Below are positions 63,561-64,000 of a DNA stretch of 64,000 nucleotides, one piece after another. The notes beneath the pieces are model-generated. The model saw only the letters and a list, made by a program, of their open reading frames with translations. It was not told the DNA's origin and did not search any database. The number at the start of each line of letters is the position of its first letter. The stretch's first letter is position 1. The stretch spans positions 132,806,001 to 132,870,000 of the forward strand of contig NC_058368.1 of assembly GCF_018350175.1 (NCBI RefSeq), in the 5' to 3' direction. Both the position numbers and the translations under genes were made by a program. The DNA comes from Felis catus. Taxonomy: Eukaryota.

Positions 63561-64000
63561 ATTGCCTGTGGTTATTTTTATGCATAGAGATATAATATTC
63601 CCAGTGTTGCCATAATGCTGCCAATATATATGTGTTTCCATTGTTTTCTTTGTTTCTTATCTTTTTTTCTGGTTTAATTTTATCTTAGGGTATGCAACAC
63701 AATTAAGAATTTTGTAAAATAGAATTTTAAACTTTGTGTCTTCAAGCCAGTTGCTTGAATATTTAAATAAATAATTAAAATTTTATGTTTAATTTCAGTT
63801 TTTTATAGCCAGCGAGATAGAGTAAGACTATACAGTTTTGGCAGCCAGTAGATTTAGCTGGACAAATCATTAAAATTAATGTTTTCTTTTTGTAGTTTTT
63901 ATCAGACATTGGTCTATACTATTGCGATTGAGAATAAATTTTCCTTTTGGTTGTCATATAATATTTTTTGTTATTAAACAGTTTTTTAGACGTATTATTC

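Overview
This is eukaryotic genomic DNA from a carnivore, most likely a felid: it is saturated with tRNA-derived Can-SINEs, including near-identical young SINEC_Fc-type copies. The window holds the 5' end of ERBIN (ERBB2IP) on the + strand. It includes a CpG-island promoter (~13.8-15.65 kb), a non-coding first exon ending at 15620 and a ~42.7 kb first intron. It also includes a 48-nt second exon (58280-58327) and the first coding exon (63107-63304, ATG at 63116). Almost everything else is interspersed repeat: SINEs, L1, LTRs and DNA transposons. I found no clear-cut new gene system. The most interesting signals are in the spliced leader: three uORFs, one per frame, one of which exists only when exon 2 is spliced in and stops 2 nt before the ERBIN ATG. 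Exons 2+3 also total 246 nt and are stop-free in the ERBIN frame if circularised. Several retrotransposon structures are readable too: repeated use of one target site, a twin-priming L1 inversion and a fused SINE palindrome. Repeat family names come from recalled consensus similarity, not from a search, and repeat boundaries are approximate.
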